Positions 62,538 to 64,000 of a DNA stretch of 64,000 bases are shown here, one piece after another. Every line of letters starts with the position of its first letter. Positions within the stretch are counted from its first letter, which is position 1. The notes below the pieces were generated by a model. That model was not told the DNA's origin. It was given only the letters and a program-made list of their open reading frames with translations, and ran no database searches. Origin of the DNA: Octopus bimaculoides (lineage: Eukaryota); contig NC_069005.1 in the NCBI RefSeq assembly GCF_001194135.2, positions 21,429,349-21,493,348 of the forward strand, read 5' to 3'. The translations under genes were made by a program, and so were the position numbers.

Positions 62538-64000
62538 CCTCTATACAACACTAATTTGGTCAGGGTATATATTGAGAAAGTTTACCTGTCTCAAGATGCC
62601 AATATGTCTCGTGCACTTTATTGTCCTTGCTTACCCACAGCAACTGTACATGGCTGTAACACCAGATACACTAGGCCTCTGCATTTCCTTTAATCCTCTC
62701 AGACATGTGTCAAACTTTACCCTCCACCTGGGTTCTCAAGCAAAAAAATAAATAGCTACATATACAGCTCAAAGGTAATGATTACATGCAAACTAATGGA
62801 CAGAATTATCAGCTTCTGTTTCACATTCACTCACAGGATATTAAATGACCTGGGGCTATAGTACAAGACACCTGCCTGAGTTGCCTTGAATGCAAAAACA
62901 TAATTTCAAAGCAAACTTCCTAACTACAGAACAACCATGTGTAGCTAAAAGTATGCTAAATGTAATTTATGGGTTTCAAATTTTGGTACAAGGCCAGTGA
63001 TTTTAAGGGAGAGGGTAAGTTGATTATATCAAACCCAGTGCTCAACTGGTACTTATTTTATTATTGACCCTGAAAGGACGAAGGCCAAAGTCGACCTCGG
63101 TGGAATTTGAACTCAGAACATGTAGACGGATGAAATGCTGCTAAGCATTTTGCTTGGCACATAACAATTGTGCCAGCTTGTCACCCTTGCTTAACAGAAA
63201 ATATAGGTTCAAATTTTGGCACAGGGCCAGCAATTTCAGGGCAGGAAATAAGTCGATTACATCGACCCCCCACCCCCACCCCGGGCTCAACTGGCAATTA
63301 TTTTATCAACCCTGAAAGGATGAAAAGCTAAGTCAACCTCGACGGAATTTGACCTATGAACATAAAGATGGATAAAATGCCACTAAGCATTTTGTCCGGC
63401 ATGCTAATGCTTCGGCCAGTTCGCCGGCTTTGCTAAATATAAAATATTAAAGTGCTGTGGGCATGTGTGAGTAAGTTTTGATTAAGTTCACACACATGGT
63501 TTAACTACAAGATCTATCGACGTAGTAAAACTGAATATTTCTTTATTTACTGTATGCTTGGCACGTGAATATATTCACAATCTATTCACACACATGCTGT
63601 CTTGGTTCTGTATTTAATAATAATGTACTGTAAATTTTTATATTAATACCCGCACGATTTTCACTAAAAAAAAAACAAAAAAAACTCGGATTTTTTGTGT
63701 AGAATCAAGTACCCTGACCTCCTAATATGCTGCAAATCCCTTATTTTGGTTCCGAAAAAAAAACGGAGGCGAGGTGGGATATATTTAATAAAGAACCATG
63801 TAATTCATATTCTGGAAATTTTATTTCTGTAAAATGTTTTGTTTTTTCTTAAATATACAAAATATAGTCTAAAAATTTAGGATGTTTTTGAAAGATACTA
63901 TATTTTTACCATCAGAATATATATACTTTCTCACACAACAATTAAGATATATTTATTTCAAATCGCTTATTTATTTATTTTAAATCGTTTATATTTATTT

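Overview
AT-rich, repeat-dense, gapped eukaryotic scaffold. The SINE/LINE families are ones I recognise from Octopus, so it is most likely a cephalopod. No prokaryotic features, CRISPR array, rRNA or true tRNA gene is supported. (1) The 3' half of a + strand ZCWPW1-like gene (PWWP chromatin reader) is split over four phase-compatible exons: 7544-7654, 8708-8782, 26469-26517 and 28507-28550. (2) A 62-aa single-pass membrane microprotein ORF lies at 42175-42363 (+). (3) A CpG-rich, probably bidirectional promoter near 37.3-37.6 kb carries a minus-strand start exon (MALS..); candidate minus-strand exons sit inside the ZCWPW1-like intron. (4) A CCAAT-box promoter-like site lies near 59.9 kb. (5) The mobilome includes three SINE families; RTE, R4/Dong, CRE and HERO LINE fragments; Penelope-like ends; hAT, Tc1/mariner and piggyBac MITEs; and a solo LTR. 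The most unusual signal is a set of minimal type-I hammerhead ribozyme motifs, several embedded in sequence-unrelated palindromic (foldback) elements that share one architecture. All structures and alignments were read by eye; no database search or folding program was run.
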